From Deinococcus sp. (GTDB lineage Bacteria; Deinococcota; Deinococci; Deinococcales; Deinococcaceae), in NCBI GenBank assembly GCA_965261005.1, contig OZ253375.1, positions 1,856,001 through 1,920,000 of the forward strand: DNA of 64,000 nt, read 5' to 3'. How positions within the stretch are numbered: the first letter of the stretch is position 1; each line of letters starts with the position of its first letter. Both the position numbers and the translations under genes were made by a program. The notes below the pieces were generated by a model, which did not search any database, had not been told where the DNA came from, and worked only from the letters and a program-made list of their open reading frames with translations. Shown piece by piece: positions 21,548-38,734 of this stretch.

Positions 21548-22465
21548 GTGAACGCCCCAAGTTCTCCCGTTTCGGGCCGCCCTTTCCTGGGACTCGGCGC
21601 CGCCCTGGTCACCATTTTGTTCTGGGCGTCGGCGTTCGCGGGAATTCGCGCCGGACTGAACGCCTTTTCCCCGGGGCACCTGACCCTCTACCGTTTTTTG
21701 GTGGCCTCCCTGGCACTGGGCGGCTACGCCGTGGCCGCGCGCTTGAGACCGCCCACTTGGCCCGACTCGGCGCGCGTGTTCGGGGTGTCGCTGCTCGGCA
21801 TCACGGCCTACCACCTCGCGCTCAACTTCGGCGAGCTGAGCGTGCCGGCGGGCACGGCCAGCCTGATCATCGCGGCGGGGCCGACCATCACGGCGCTGCT
21901 GTCGAGCGCCCTCTTGAACGACCGCCTCGCCCCGCTGGGCTGGCTAGGCAGCTTGGTGAGCCTGGGCGGCGTGGCCCTGATCGTGCTGGGGCGGAATCAG
22001 GGCGTCTCCTTTACGGGGGGCGCCCTGCTGATCTTGTTCGCGGCCTTGGTGACCAGCTTGTACTTCGTGTTGCAGCGCCCGCTGGTGGCTCGCCTCGGGG
22101 CGCTGCGCTTCACGGTCTACAGTCTGCTGCTGGGCACCCTGCCGCTGCTCGCCTTTGTGCCCGGCTTCGGCGCGCAACTCCGCGCCGCGCCGCTGGGCGC
22201 CCATTTGGCCGTCATCTACATCGGCCTCTTTCCGGCGGCGCTGGCCTACGTCACCTGGACCTACGCCCTCTCAACAATGGGGCCGAGCCGCACAACCAGC
22301 TTTTTGTACGTCTCGCCGGTGCTGGCCATTCTGATCGCTTGGGCGTGGCTGGGCGAGGTGCCGGCCCCCCTCAGCTTGGTCGGCGGAACCGTCGCCCTGC
22401 TGGGCGTGGTGCTGGTGAACACGCTGGGCAAGCCGCGCGCCGCGCCGGCGGGCCGGGCCGCGTGA
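21548..22465 (+). CDS. DMT/EamA family transporter
   Basis: 10 TM segments in two EamA repeats; FWASAF, AWLGE. Confidence 0.9.
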   Translation: MNAPSSPVSGRPFLGLGAALVTILFWASAFAGIRAGLNAFSPGHLTLYRFLVASLALGGYAVAARLRPPTWPDSARVFGVSLLGITAYHLALNFGELSVPAGTASLIIAAGPTITALLSSALLNDRLAPLGWLGSLVSLGGVALIVLGRNQGVSFTGGALLILFAALVTSLYFVLQRPLVARLGALRFTVYSLLLGTLPLLAFVPGFGAQLRAAPLGAHLAVIYIGLFPAALAYVTWTYALSTMGPSRTTSFLYVSPVLAILIAWAWLGEVPAPLSLVGGTVALLGVVLVNTLGKPRAAPAGRAA

Positions 22466-23979
22466 GCGCGCCCGAGCAGGTCACTTCGCCGGAACCGCGA
22501 ACCGGGCCGGCCATCACCCTGAGGGACGTCTCGGTTCAGCTCGGCGGCGCCCGGATTCTGCACGGGGTGAACCTGGAGGTGGGGCGTGGTGAGTTGCTGG
22601 CCCTGATCGGCCCGTCGGGGGGCGGCAAGAGCACGCTGCTGCGGGTGATCGGCGGCCTGTTGCGCCCGGGCGCGGGCGAGGTGCGCGTGGACGCGCCGCC
22701 CGCCTTTGTGTTTCAGGACTACCGTCTGCTGCCGTGGCGCAGCGTGCTGAGCAACGTCAACCTGCCGCGCCAAATCGCCGGGCACGGCCCCGTCAAGCGC
22801 GGCCTGGAGGCGCGCGAGGCCCTCGCGCAGGTCGGCATGCAGAACTTCGCGGCCCTCTACCCAGCCCAACTGTCGGGGGGCATGCGCGCCCGCGTGGCCT
22901 TGGCGCGCGCGCTCGCCCAATCGAGCGACGTACTGCTGCTCGACGAACCCTTCGCGGCCCTCGACGCCCTGGTGCGCGAGCGCTTCAACGACGAGCTGCT
23001 GCACCTGCACGATAAGGCCGGCCTGACCACGGTCCTGGTCACCCACTCGATTCGCGAGGCGGTCTACCTGGCCGACCGGGTGGCGGTCATGCGGGACGGC
23101 GCGGTGCTGCGCGTCCTCGACACCCGCCGCGCCGGCCGCCTGAGCGCCTACACCGACGGCTTGGAGGCCGAGCTGCGCGCCTTGCTGGGCGAGGGGAACA
23201 GCACGGCGGTGCTGCCGCTGCCGAAAACGCACTTCGGCTGGGCCGGCCTGCTCGCGCCCCTGCTCGCCGTGCTGCTGGCCCTGCTGGCGTGGCAACTCTT
23301 CGCCGCGCGGCTCGGCGCCCCCTACCTGTTGCCCACGCCGGCGGCGGTGTGGGGCGCCCTCGTGAGCGGCCGGGCGGAGCTGTTCGCCGCGCTGCTCGCC
23401 ACCCTGCGGACGACCGTGCTGGGCGCCCTGCTGGGCGGCGCGCTGGGCGCGCTGATCGGCTATCCCCTCGCCAAGCTGCCCTGGCTGGAGCGTTTGCTCT
23501 CGCCCTTTGTCGTCGCGTCGCAGAGCACGCCCATCGTGGTACTGGCCCCGCTGCTGATCATCTGGCTGGGTTTTGGGGCGCTGCCGGGGATCGTGGTGTC
23601 GGCCCTGAGCGCCTTTTACCCCGTGATGGTCTCGGTGCTGGTCGGCGTGCGCGAGGTGGAGGCGACTTACCAGGAACTCTTTTCCAGCTTGCGCGCCACG
23701 CCCACGCAACGCCTCCGGTGGCTGGACTTGCCGGGCGCCTTGCCGGTGATGCTGGGCGGTCTACGCCTCTCGCTGAGCCTCGCCTTGATCGGCGCCGTCG
23801 TGTGGGAGTTCGTGTCCAACCAGCGCGGCCTGGGCTTTTTGGTCAGCCAAGCGGGCGCGTACTACGACTCGTCGCGCAAGTTTGCCGCCATTCTCCTCCT
23901 GATCGCGCTGGGCGTCCTGCTGTACAGCTTGGTCACGGCGCTGGAGCGGCGGGCGCTGCGGCGGCGCGGGCGGCTTTGA
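22462..23979 (+). CDS. Fused ABC ATPase-permease (NitT/TauT-like)
   Basis: [14 protein letters not shown] and LLLDEPF, followed in frame by a TauC/SsuC-type permease; GTG overlaps the EamA stop. Confidence 0.88.
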   Translation: MSAPEQVTSPEPRTGPAITLRDVSVQLGGARILHGVNLEVGRGELLALIGPSGGGKSTLLRVIGGLLRPGAGEVRVDAPPAFVFQDYRLLPWRSVLSNVNLPRQIAGHGPVKRGLEAREALAQVGMQNFAALYPAQLSGGMRARVALARALAQSSDVLLLDEPFAALDALVRERFNDELLHLHDKAGLTTVLVTHSIREAVYLADRVAVMRDGAVLRVLDTRRAGRLSAYTDGLEAELRALLGEGNSTAVLPLPKTHFGWAGLLAPLLAVLLALLAWQLFAARLGAPYLLPTPAAVWGALVSGRAELFAALLATLRTTVLGALLGGALGALIGYPLAKLPWLERLLSPFVVASQSTPIVVLAPLLIIWLGFGALPGIVVSALSAFYPVMVSVLVGVREVEATYQELFSSLRATPTQRLRWLDLPGALPVMLGGLRLSLSLALIGAVVWEFVSNQRGLGFLVSQAGAYYDSSRKFAAILLLIALGVLLYSLVTALERRALRRRGRL

Positions 23980-24155
23980 GTGGGACAAGGTGATCTGCTG
24001 ATTAGGGCGAGGTGCGAGACTCTGCCCGCCGTTCGTTCACGGCGAGTTCCCGTTGCTCAGGCTCGTGTTCACCAGGCTGCTGTGGCTGGCCGGCACGCGC
24101 GCCGAGAGACGAATCCTGCCCTTGTCAACTTCTGGTAATGCCGTAGAGTTGTACT

Positions 24156-24548
24156 ATGAAGATAAGACTGACGCTGGGAGCGTATCTTGAGCGGCACGAC
24201 ATCAGCGCGTACCGGGTCGTCAAGGAAAGCCGGGGCAAGCTCGCCCAAAACACCGTCTACGCGATGGCGCGCAAGCCGGCTCAGCGCGTGGATTTGGACA
24301 CGATAGGGGAAGTGTTGACGGCTTTAGAGCGCATCCAGGGACAACCTGTGGGCATCATGGACGTGCTGGACGTACAAGAAAAACCTGACGAGGTGGACGC
24401 CGAGACGCGGGCTTGGATGGACAGCGACCTTTCGCGCCTCGGCGAAATCGAGCCTTACGATTGGGGCGACCAAGACCCGAATACCCTCGGGCAGCCCGTG
24501 ACCGTCACGCCGGATGGCCGCGTGGTGATCGGGAAGGCGGAGGATTGA
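24156..24548 (+). CDS. Cro/C1-type HTH protein, putative antitoxin
   Basis: N-terminal HTH (ISAYRVVKES...NTVYAM) and acidic C-terminus; overlaps the toxin start. Confidence 0.75.
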   Translation: MKIRLTLGAYLERHDISAYRVVKESRGKLAQNTVYAMARKPAQRVDLDTIGEVLTALERIQGQPVGIMDVLDVQEKPDEVDAETRAWMDSDLSRLGEIEPYDWGDQDPNTLGQPVTVTPDGRVVIGKAED

Positions 24549-24904
24549 AGCCCGGCGATGTGTTTATCGCGCGCTTTCCACAGCACCTGCCAGGCGGACA
24601 CGAGCAAGAGGGCGTGAGGCCCGCGGTCGTCGTGGGCTTGCCAAAAGGCTTGGGTAAGCCGCGTTTCCCCGTGGTGTTCCTTACGCCGCTCACATCACAT
24701 AGAGGACAGCCTTGGGCAAAGGGCGCGCCGACGCTCTATCCGGTTCTGTCTTCGGGAACCGCCGGCCTGCCCACCGCCTCCGTTGTCCTCGCGGACCAAA
24801 CGCGCCCGCTCGACACGTCGCGCCTCGCGCGCTACCTGGGCACCCTGACGCCCACCGAGTTCGCGCCGCTGCAAACGGCGTTGCGGAACATATTCGGATT
24901 GTGA
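24545..24904 (+). CDS. PemK/MazF family toxin
   Basis: GDVFIARFP..GHEQEGVRPAVVV, PLTS, VLADQTRPLD. Confidence 0.9.
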   Translation: MKPGDVFIARFPQHLPGGHEQEGVRPAVVVGLPKGLGKPRFPVVFLTPLTSHRGQPWAKGAPTLYPVLSSGTAGLPTASVVLADQTRPLDTSRLARYLGTLTPTEFAPLQTALRNIFGL

Positions 24905-25013
24905 AAGGAAAAGAAGAGGGACATGGCGCGCGATCTTCACCGCCGTGCGAAGACGCTAAACGTGCAAAGGAGGTCGGCGGTCATGCCAGGGCTGACATCG
25001 GGCGCCTTGGCGG

Positions 25014-25028
25014 GTATATACTGTATAC
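25014..25028 (+). promoter_or_regulatory. Palindromic operator / -10 region of vapBC
   Basis: GTATA-tactg-TATAC overlapping TATACT. Confidence 0.5.
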
Positions 25029-25043
25029 ACAGGAGGGCAACCC

Positions 25044-25265
25044 ATGCGTTCGAAGGTTTTCAAAAGCGGTAATTCTCAGGCCGTCCGCATTCCTCAAGAG
25101 CTTGCTCTTCCCCAAGGAGAAGTTGAGATCGAAAGGCGTGGGCGTCAGTTGGTCATCACGCCGGTGACACCCATCAGCGGTGGCGCTCTATTTGACTTGC
25201 TCGCCGCTGTGGAAGGTCCAATAGAGCGTGAGCCGCTTGACTTACAAGAGCGCGACTGGACATGA
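25044..25265 (+). CDS. vapB: VapB (AbrB-type) antitoxin
   Basis: KVFKSGNSQAVRIP...QERDW. Confidence 0.92.
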   Translation: MRSKVFKSGNSQAVRIPQELALPQGEVEIERRGRQLVITPVTPISGGALFDLLAAVEGPIEREPLDLQERDWT

Positions 25266-25663
25266 GTCTTTATCAACTTGATACAAACATTTGTATTTAT
25301 GTCATGAATCAGCGTCCAGCCAGCGTACGGCTTCACATGGACCACATGTCGCCGGGAAGCCTGTACATCAGCACCGTCACTCAGCACGAGCTGATGTATG
25401 GCGCGCTCAACAGCCAAAGACCAAGCGAGAATATAGAAAGGTTGACGGCTTTCCTGGAAGCAATGTCCATCTACACCTTCGATTCGGACGCTGCTGAGCA
25501 GTCGGCACGGATCCGGCAAATCCTGAAGAGCACCGGAAAGCTTATCGGCGGTCTGGACCTCTTGATTGCTGGGCACGCCTTGAGCTTGGACGCAACATTG
25601 GTCACCAACAACACCCGTGAATTCGAGCGCGTTCCCGATCTCAAACTGGAAAACTGGGCGTAA
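25262..25663 (+). CDS. vapC: VapC PIN toxin
   Basis: LDTNICIY, DLLIAGHA, LVTNNTREFERV. Confidence 0.94.
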   Translation: MSLYQLDTNICIYVMNQRPASVRLHMDHMSPGSLYISTVTQHELMYGALNSQRPSENIERLTAFLEAMSIYTFDSDAAEQSARIRQILKSTGKLIGGLDLLIAGHALSLDATLVTNNTREFERVPDLKLENWA

Positions 25664-25687
25664 AAGAACCGGACAAAGCCCGCTCTT

Positions 25688-30763
<5,076 letters not shown>

Positions 30764-30883
30764 GGCGGCATTCTACGCGCGGGACAGAACGAGGGGAGTG
30801 ATGGGAGGGCTTGACGAATTTTGAAATACGCATTTCCAACACACTCCGCTATAACCCTTGAGTAATATAGGGAGGCTAGAGGC

Positions 30884-31297
30884 GTGGCTCAAGAACGCTG
30901 GCGGGTGGACTTCTACGAGGATGATGACGGCACGCGGCCCGTCCAGCAATACTTACAGACGTTGGAAAACGGAGAGAAAAAACGTTTTCGTGCCCGTGTG
31001 GAGATGCTTGAGCAAAAGGGCACGTGGCTTGGGCGCCCCGTGGTGGATTTTCTGGAGGACAACCTGTGGGAACTGCGCTTGGAAAAATCACCTCACAACC
31101 CCAGAATTTTGTTCTGCGCTTTGGTCGGGAGGCGCCTTGTCCTCCTCCACGGCTTCTCAAAAACCGGACGGGCAAGCGACAAAGTGCCGGAGGCGGAAAA
31201 GCGTATTGCGCGGAAGAGGCGCGAACAAGAAGAGGCCCGTGAAGCCGAGCGTGAGCGACAAGGCAATGCTGCCCTCAAAACAAAAGGAAAGAGGTAA
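30884..31297 (+). CDS. RelE/ParE (HigB/Gp49-like) toxin
   Basis: VDFYEDDDGTRPV, NLWELR, RILF, LVLLHGFSK. Confidence 0.88.
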   Translation: MAQERWRVDFYEDDDGTRPVQQYLQTLENGEKKRFRARVEMLEQKGTWLGRPVVDFLEDNLWELRLEKSPHNPRILFCALVGRRLVLLHGFSKTGRASDKVPEAEKRIARKRREQEEAREAERERQGNAALKTKGKR

Positions 31298-31686
31298 TGT
31301 CTGTGACCGGAAACGTTTTGGAGTGGCTCGATAGCGTCATTCCCGACACGCCCGAAATGCGGGCCATCGAGCGCGAGGAGCGCGCCCTGATTGGCCTGGC
31401 CCGCACGCTGCGCCTCGCCCGTGAGCGCGCCGGCCTGACGCAAAAGGAACTCGCGCGGCGGCTGGGCGTGTCGCAGGCGCAGATCAGCAAGTGGGAAAAC
31501 GTCAACGCCAACCACACCGTGCAGAGCATTCTGAAGTACCTGGCCGGTCTCGGCGGGGAGAACGCGGCGGAGCTGGTGCTGGCCGTCAAGGCGCCGAACG
31601 GCGACTACCTGCCCGTCACGCCCGCCGCCGAGCGGGCCGTGTTTCTCCGGGAGAACGTCAACCGTCAATTGGTCGAGAAAGCGTAA
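31297..31686 (+). CDS. XRE HTH antitoxin (HigA-like)
   Basis: LARERAGLTQKELARRLGVSQAQISKWE; lies downstream of the toxin. Confidence 0.88.
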   Translation: MSVTGNVLEWLDSVIPDTPEMRAIEREERALIGLARTLRLARERAGLTQKELARRLGVSQAQISKWENVNANHTVQSILKYLAGLGGENAAELVLAVKAPNGDYLPVTPAAERAVFLRENVNRQLVEKA

Positions 31687-32118
31687 CTACACCGTCAGCA
31701 GGCGCAATTCCGGAAAAGCCCGCGCGTAGCGGCGCGCGTCCAGCGTGAAGAAGGCGTCCGCCCGCGCCATAGCGTGCGCGCCGACGATGAAATCGGCCAG
31801 AATGCGCCGGGGCAGCCCCGCCTGCGTGCGCCGCCGCTGGGCGTAGTCGGCATACGCTTGGCCGGCGCGTTCCCACAAGGCGAGCGGCGTCTCAGGCTCC
31901 AGAATGACGCCCGTCCGGCCGAACAGTTCGCCCAGATAAGCCGGCGTGACGCCGTCACCGCCCAACAGTTCGGCGTAGGCCGCGCCGCACATCACCAAGC
32001 TGCCGCCCGCGTGGAGCCGACCAAGCTCTTCGAGCACCTCGGCGTCGGTCGGCTCACCGTTGATAACGGCGATCAAGATGTTGCTGTCGAGCGCCACCCG
32101 GCCTAAGCCGGCCTTCAC
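31687..32118 (-). CDS. PIN-domain (VapC-like) toxin
   Basis: [26 protein letters not shown]. Confidence 0.88.
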   Translation of the reverse strand: MKAGLGRVALDSNILIAVINGEPTDAEVLEELGRLHAGGSLVMCGAAYAELLGGDGVTPAYLGELFGRTGVILEPETPLALWERAGQAYADYAQRRRTQAGLPRRILADFIVGAHAMARADAFFTLDARRYARAFPELRLLTV

Positions 32119-32360
32119 GCTTCGTCTTCGTCGCGCCGCTCGGCGGTCCAGCGCCGCACGTCTTCCATACTCTTCAAGCCTTGCGGGCGCGTCCCGGCAA
32201 AAGCGGCAAAGGGATTGTCGCCCTTTTTGACCGGAACGAGCGTCACGATACCGGCCTCAAGGTCGAACTCGACCTGGTCGCCAGGCTTGAGTCCCAGCCA
32301 AGCGCGAATGTGCGCCGGAATGGTGACTTGACCTTTGCTGGTCATGCTGCTGCGGTTCAT
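32115..32360 (-). CDS. AbrB/MazE/SpoVT antitoxin
   Basis: [27 protein letters not shown]. Confidence 0.9.
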   Translation of the reverse strand: MNRSSMTSKGQVTIPAHIRAWLGLKPGDQVEFDLEAGIVTLVPVKKGDNPFAAFAGTRPQGLKSMEDVRRWTAERRDEDEA

Positions 32361-32410
32361 GGGAATATCTTACAAGATAATGCTGGCGTAATACTCTGCC
32401 CCTTCTTCGC

Positions 32411-33337
32411 TCAGCGTTCCAGCTCCAGGTCCACCAACAGCGGCCGGTGGTCCGAACCCCGGACGTTGAGCACCCGCGCGTTCAGCGCCCGCGCGCCGCG
32501 CAGCCAGACGTGGTCAATGCGGACCAGGGGAAACTTGGCCGGAAAGGTGTAGCCGAAGCCGCGCCCGGCCTCTTCAAAGGCGTTGGCGAAGTGCTGTTTC
32601 AGGCCCGCGTACACCGCGCCGCGCGTGGGCGTGTTGAAGTCGCCGCAGGCGATGAAGGGTCCCGCGCTCTCCCCCGCCAACTCCAGCAAGCGGCCGAGCG
32701 TCACACGCCGGTCCTCGGCGGTTCGCTCCATCTTTTGTCGGCTGCCCCGCTCGACGGTGGTGAAGTGGGCGTTCAGCAGCGTGAAGGGCTGGCCGCGCCA
32801 GGAAAAGTTCGCCACCACAAAGCGCCGGTCGGTGACGGGCAGGTACAGGTCGCGCACGTTCTGCGCGGGCAGGCGGGTCAGGATGGCGACCTCGCGCGAC
32901 GGCACCACCTGATAGCCGGGCAGCAGCGGAGAAAGGGTGCCCAGCACGTCCACGCTGACGCGGTTGACCTCTTGCAGGCACACCACGTCGGGGTTCGCCG
33001 CGCGCACCGTGCGGGCGATCTCGGCCGGGTCGCCCCGCAGGCTCGCCACGTTGTAGGTCAGCAGGCGCAGGGGGGCGCCGTCCGCACGCCGCAGCCAGGA
33101 CCACGCCGGAGAGAGCAAGACCAAGCTGAGGGCCAGTGAGACGCCGCTCCCGATCAGCGCCCAGCGGTCACGCCGCCACAAGCTGAGGGCCAGCACCAAC
33201 AGGGCCGGAGCCAGCCACACCTGCGGCAAGGCGAAGTAGGTCAGCGTCAGCGTGTAAGCGTTCCGCTCGGGCGCGAAGCTTTGCACCCACCACGCGAGGG
33301 CGATGACGGCGGCGAGACCCCAAGCGACCCATTTCAT
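32411..33337 (-). CDS. Membrane-anchored endonuclease/exonuclease/phosphatase family protein
   Basis: N-terminal TM segments; LLTYNV, CLQEV, GDFN, RIDH, SDHRP. Confidence 0.9.
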   Translation of the reverse strand: MKWVAWGLAAVIALAWWVQSFAPERNAYTLTLTYFALPQVWLAPALLVLALSLWRRDRWALIGSGVSLALSLVLLSPAWSWLRRADGAPLRLLTYNVASLRGDPAEIARTVRAANPDVVCLQEVNRVSVDVLGTLSPLLPGYQVVPSREVAILTRLPAQNVRDLYLPVTDRRFVVANFSWRGQPFTLLNAHFTTVERGSRQKMERTAEDRRVTLGRLLELAGESAGPFIACGDFNTPTRGAVYAGLKQHFANAFEEAGRGFGYTFPAKFPLVRIDHVWLRGARALNARVLNVRGSDHRPLLVDLELER

Positions 33338-33386
33338 GGCGCCGATGTTAACGTGAACCCAGCGCGCTGCGGCGCCGGGAGGCCGA

Positions 33387-34988
<1,602 letters not shown>

Positions 34989-35083
34989 GACGCTGATCCT
35001 TTGCTCAAGGGGGAAGGGCGCTGGGGTTCATCTTGGCGCGCTTGGCTGGAAGGGCAGCTGTTTTTAGAGTTTGAGGAGGCAAC

Positions 35084-36112
35084 ATGACGCAACTGTTCAA
35101 GTCGGGCCGGGCCGGGCCGCCATCACAGCAGATCGTGGTCGTGACCGGCGCCTCGGCGGGGGTGGGGCGGGCGACCGCCATCGAGTTCGCCAAGCGCGGC
35201 GCCAAGCTGGCGCTGCTGGCGCGCGGGCGGGCCGGTCTGGAGGGGGCGAGGCGTGACGTGGAGGCGGCGGGCGGCACGGCTCTGGTGATTCCCACCGATG
35301 TGGCCGACGCGGACGCGGTGGAGGCGGCGGCGGGTCGGGTCGAGCGTGACCTCGGCCCGATTGACGTGTGGGTCAACGGCGCGATGGCCTCGGTGTTCTC
35401 GCCCGTGGGGGAGATGACCCCGGCCGACTTCAAGCGCGTGACCGAGGTGACCTACCTGGGCGTGGTGAACGGCACGCTGGCCGCCCTGAAGCGCATGTTG
35501 CCCAGGGACCGGGGACGTGTGGTGCAGGTGGGCAGCGCCCTCGCGTACCGCGGCATTCCCTTGCAAGCCGCTTACTGCGGCGCCAAGCACGCCGTCCAGG
35601 GCTTTTGTGACTCACTCAGAAGCGAGCTGCTGCACGACGGGAGCAAGGTGACGGTGGGCATGGTGCAGCTGCCGGCCGTCAACACCCCGCAGTTTTCCTG
35701 GGTCAAGTCGCGCTTGCCCAACATGGCCCAGCCGGTGCCGCCCATCTACCAGCCGGAGGTGCCGGCGCGGGCGATTGTGTACGCCGCCGACACCGGCAGC
35801 CGAGAGGTGTTTGTCGGCTTGCCCAGCGTCATCACCATCTGGGGCAACAAGCTGCTGCCGGGCCTGGGCGACGTGTACCTCGCCAGAACGGGCTACCAGT
35901 CCCAGCAGACCGACCAAAAACGCGATCCGGACGCGCCCAACAACCTCTACAAGCCGGTGGACGACGGGCGCGATTACGGCGTGCGCGGCCCCTTCGACGG
36001 CCGCGCTCGCCCGCACAGCCCGCAATTGTGGGCCACCGAACACCGCAACCTGCTGCTGGGAGCCGCCGGCGCCCTCGCGCTGGGCGCGCTGCTGCTCGGG
36101 AGGGGCGCGTGA
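35084..36112 (+). CDS. SDR family oxidoreductase
   Basis: [21 protein letters not shown]. Confidence 0.9.
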   Translation: MTQLFKSGRAGPPSQQIVVVTGASAGVGRATAIEFAKRGAKLALLARGRAGLEGARRDVEAAGGTALVIPTDVADADAVEAAAGRVERDLGPIDVWVNGAMASVFSPVGEMTPADFKRVTEVTYLGVVNGTLAALKRMLPRDRGRVVQVGSALAYRGIPLQAAYCGAKHAVQGFCDSLRSELLHDGSKVTVGMVQLPAVNTPQFSWVKSRLPNMAQPVPPIYQPEVPARAIVYAADTGSREVFVGLPSVITIWGNKLLPGLGDVYLARTGYQSQQTDQKRDPDAPNNLYKPVDDGRDYGVRGPFDGRARPHSPQLWATEHRNLLLGAAGALALGALLLGRGA

Positions 36113-36618
36113 GCGGGGCCAGCCTCAGCCGCGAACTGCGCGGGGGTGAGGGCGCCTTTCTCAGGCAGCGCCGCCAGACCGTCGGGCTGTCCCTCATCGC
36201 CAGCGCCGCGATGGGCGTCATCACCCTCTACCAGATGGGCCTGATCTCGCACCTGCCCGAGCCGCCCCTCCCTTACCTCGACGCCGACAAGGTGGACGCC
36301 GCCCCGGAGGCGTACAACCGCGCCGGCACCGCCACGCCCGACGCCGCCCTGGGCCTCGTGAACTACGCCGCGACCGTGGTCCTGGCCTCGATGGCCGGCC
36401 CGGGGCGCGCCCGCGCACTGCCTTGGCTGCCGCTCGTTTTGGCCGCCAAGGTAGGCGTGGACGCCATCAACGCCGGCTACCTCACCTACGAGCAGATCGC
36501 CAAGCACAAGGCGCTGTGCTCATACTGCCTGCTGGCCTCGGCGGCCACCTTCGCGACCATTCCGCTGGTGCTGCCCGAGGCGCGGGCGGCCTGGCAACAC
36601 CTCAGGAGGAACACATGA
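36109..36618 (+). CDS. Vitamin K epoxide reductase (VKOR)-like membrane protein
   Basis: TM segments with PDAALG and a CSYC motif. Confidence 0.75.
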   Translation: MSGASLSRELRGGEGAFLRQRRQTVGLSLIASAAMGVITLYQMGLISHLPEPPLPYLDADKVDAAPEAYNRAGTATPDAALGLVNYAATVVLASMAGPGRARALPWLPLVLAAKVGVDAINAGYLTYEQIAKHKALCSYCLLASAATFATIPLVLPEARAAWQHLRRNT

Positions 36619-37058
36619 CGCAAGCGGACAAGAATATGGCGGACAAGGACTTGATGGTGAAACTCAGCGACTCGAACCTCACCCTGACCGATCCCAGAAT
36701 GGATATTCGCGGCAGCACGGTGGTGGACCGCCACGGCGACGACATCGGCCGCGTCAACGACCTCTTCATCGACACCGACGAGAACAAGGTCCATTTGATG
36801 GAGGTGGGCGCCGGCGGCTTTCTGGGCCTGGGCGAGCGGCACTTCCTGGTGCCGGTGGACGCCATCACCCGCGTGGAGCAAGGGAAAATCCACATCAACC
36901 AGGCGCGCGACCACGTCGCCAACTCGCCCGCCTACGACCCCAACGTGACCCCCGAGCAGCGCCGCAGCTCGGCGTTTTGGGAGCCGTACTACGGGTACTA
37001 CGGCGTGGGGCCGTACTGGGGCGCGGGCTACAGCTACCCCGGCTTCCCGATGTACTGA
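36615..37058 (+). CDS. PRC-barrel domain protein
   Basis: DIRGSTVVDRHGDDIGRVNDLFID...GGFLGLGE..VPVDAI. Confidence 0.88.
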   Translation: MTQADKNMADKDLMVKLSDSNLTLTDPRMDIRGSTVVDRHGDDIGRVNDLFIDTDENKVHLMEVGAGGFLGLGERHFLVPVDAITRVEQGKIHINQARDHVANSPAYDPNVTPEQRRSSAFWEPYYGYYGVGPYWGAGYSYPGFPMY

Positions 37059-37221
37059 TACGAACTTAAGGTGAGTCGAAGACGAATCCGAGCGGGCAGG
37101 CCCGGAAGGTGCCGTTCTGCCCAAGACGCGGAGCGAGTACAAGAAAGTACGGGATAGCGACGATGGAAATCTATGTTGGTGCTTTCCCAACATAGGTTGG
37201 AATCAAAGCAATCCCGTATGA
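37056..37221 (-). repeat. SRE/SNR-like MITE copy 1
   Basis: TGA-TACG...CGTA-TGA ends; internal CTATGTTGG/CCAACATAG hairpin; minus-strand TACTCGCTCCGC core. Confidence 0.7.
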
Positions 37222-37233
37222 GCGCGGGTCAAG

Positions 37234-37268
37234 AGGGGGCCTACGGCAAGACAGCCGTAGGCCCCCTC
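37234..37268. terminator. Hairpin between convergent operons
   Basis: AGGGGGCCTACGGC...GCCGTAGGCCCCCT. Confidence 0.75.
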
Positions 37269-37278
37269 CTCACTTTAT

Positions 37279-38037
37279 TTACGGTTCGGCCAGCTTGGGC
37301 AATTCACGCTGAACCGCGCCCCGCTCCTCGACGGCGAACAGACCGGAGGCGTAGCCGGGAAAGGTGTCGAGGAACCAGCTTTGCAATTGGCGGTCGGCGC
37401 CCCAGAACATCGCCAGCGCGAAGACGATCATCAGCGCGCCGAAGCCGCGCTGCACGCCGCCCAGGTTGCTCAGCAGCCACGGCACGCGCCCCAGCACTTG
37501 CCGCCCGCCCAGCATAATCGCCAGCATCGGCCCCGCCGCCCCCAGGGCGTAGGCCAGCGTGACGGTCGCCGCGCCCAGGGTGACGCTGCCGCTGGCCGCC
37601 AGGGTGATGACGCTCGCCAAAATGGGGCCGACGCAGGGCGTCCACAGCAGCCCCAGCGTCGCGCCGACCATGACCCCGCCCGCGAAGCCCGGCCGCTGTG
37701 GGGAGCTGACATTGGGCACCGTCCCCGAGATGAGGCGGCTGCTCAGGCGTTCATACCAACGGTTCAGCCCCGGTACCGCCAGGGCCAGGCCGAACACGAT
37801 CAGCAGTCCGATGGACAGACCGCGCAGCACGTCGGCCGGCACACCCAGCAGCCGCGTCAAGCTGCTCAGAAAGAGCGTAAAGGCGACGAAGCTTGCCAGA
37901 AAGCCCAGCAGAATCCCGTAGGGCCGCGCCCGCCCCCCGACCGTGCCCGACAACAGAATGGGCAGCACCGGCAGCACGCAGGGGGAGGCGATGGTCAGCA
38001 CACCCGCGAGAAACGCGAACGGCAGCAGGGCCAGCAC
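37279..38037 (-). CDS. CcdA/DsbD-beta family disulfide-transfer membrane protein
   Basis: SPCVLPVLP and WTPCVGPIL. Confidence 0.9.
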   Translation of the reverse strand: MLALLPFAFLAGVLTIASPCVLPVLPILLSGTVGGRARPYGILLGFLASFVAFTLFLSSLTRLLGVPADVLRGLSIGLLIVFGLALAVPGLNRWYERLSSRLISGTVPNVSSPQRPGFAGGVMVGATLGLLWTPCVGPILASVITLAASGSVTLGAATVTLAYALGAAGPMLAIMLGGRQVLGRVPWLLSNLGGVQRGFGALMIVFALAMFWGADRQLQSWFLDTFPGYASGLFAVEERGAVQRELPKLAEP

Positions 38038-38040
38038 GCC

Positions 38041-38472
38041 TCAGCGAACGGCGGCGCGGGCGTTCTCCGCAATCTCCTTCGCGCCGCCGCCCGACCAAGT
38101 CTTGAGGGCCTCGCCCTTGTCGTCCACCAACACGAAGGTGTGCTGATACGTCACGTTGTACTGCCGCTTGAGGGCGCGCTCCTTGTCGTAGTCCACCTTG
38201 AAGACCACCACGTTCTTCGGCAGCTCGGCCAAGTTGGCGTTCAGGTCCTTGTCGGCCGCCCGGCAGGTGGGGCACCACCCCGCGTGGAAAAACAGCACGC
38301 GCGCCTTGCCCCCCGCCGCGTCGTAAGCGGCCTGGCTGTAGAGCAGGTAGGCCCCCCTCGTCTCCTGCGCCACGGCGGCGGTTTTGGTGACCCCGGCGTT
38401 CGCGGCGCCCAGCAGCGCAAAGGGCAGCGGGGCGAGCAGGGCGAGCGTCAACAACGTGCGGGTCCGGTTCAT
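38041..38472 (-). CDS. Exported thioredoxin family protein
   Basis: Signal peptide; FFHAGWCPTC; YNVTYQHTF. Confidence 0.88.
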   Translation of the reverse strand: MNRTRTLLTLALLAPLPFALLGAANAGVTKTAAVAQETRGAYLLYSQAAYDAAGGKARVLFFHAGWCPTCRAADKDLNANLAELPKNVVVFKVDYDKERALKRQYNVTYQHTFVLVDDKGEALKTWSGGGAKEIAENARAAVR

Positions 38473-38529
38473 GGCAGCCTCCTATACAAAGTACGCGGCG
38501 GAACACTTGCCGGGTTCAATCCAGCCCTG

Positions 38530-38734
38530 CCATACGGATTCCGCTTTATTCCGTACACTCCGCAGACAGCGCTGCGTGTACTCCATGCCGCAAAATCCGT
38601 ATGTTTTTCCAACTCGCGCCAAGCGAAGGGGAGGCGAAACTTTTGACGTTCTGTTGCGGGAGTTTCGAGCCGCTCTCGCGTCTCGTGCTCGAAAAATTTC
38701 CGATGAGGTTCGGAAATTTTCGGAATCCGTATCA
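38530..38734 (+). repeat. SRE/SNR-like MITE copy 2
   Basis: Perfect 12-bp terminal inverted repeat ATACGGATTCCG (38532) / CGGAATCCGTAT (38721). Confidence 0.8.

Noticed and set aside
21757..22461. N-terminal extension of the ABC fusion; similar extensions of xseA, crcB, GNAT, AraC and OppC ORFs
   Set aside because: They overlap real upstream genes; shorter starts have an RBS, a -10 box or a stop overlap
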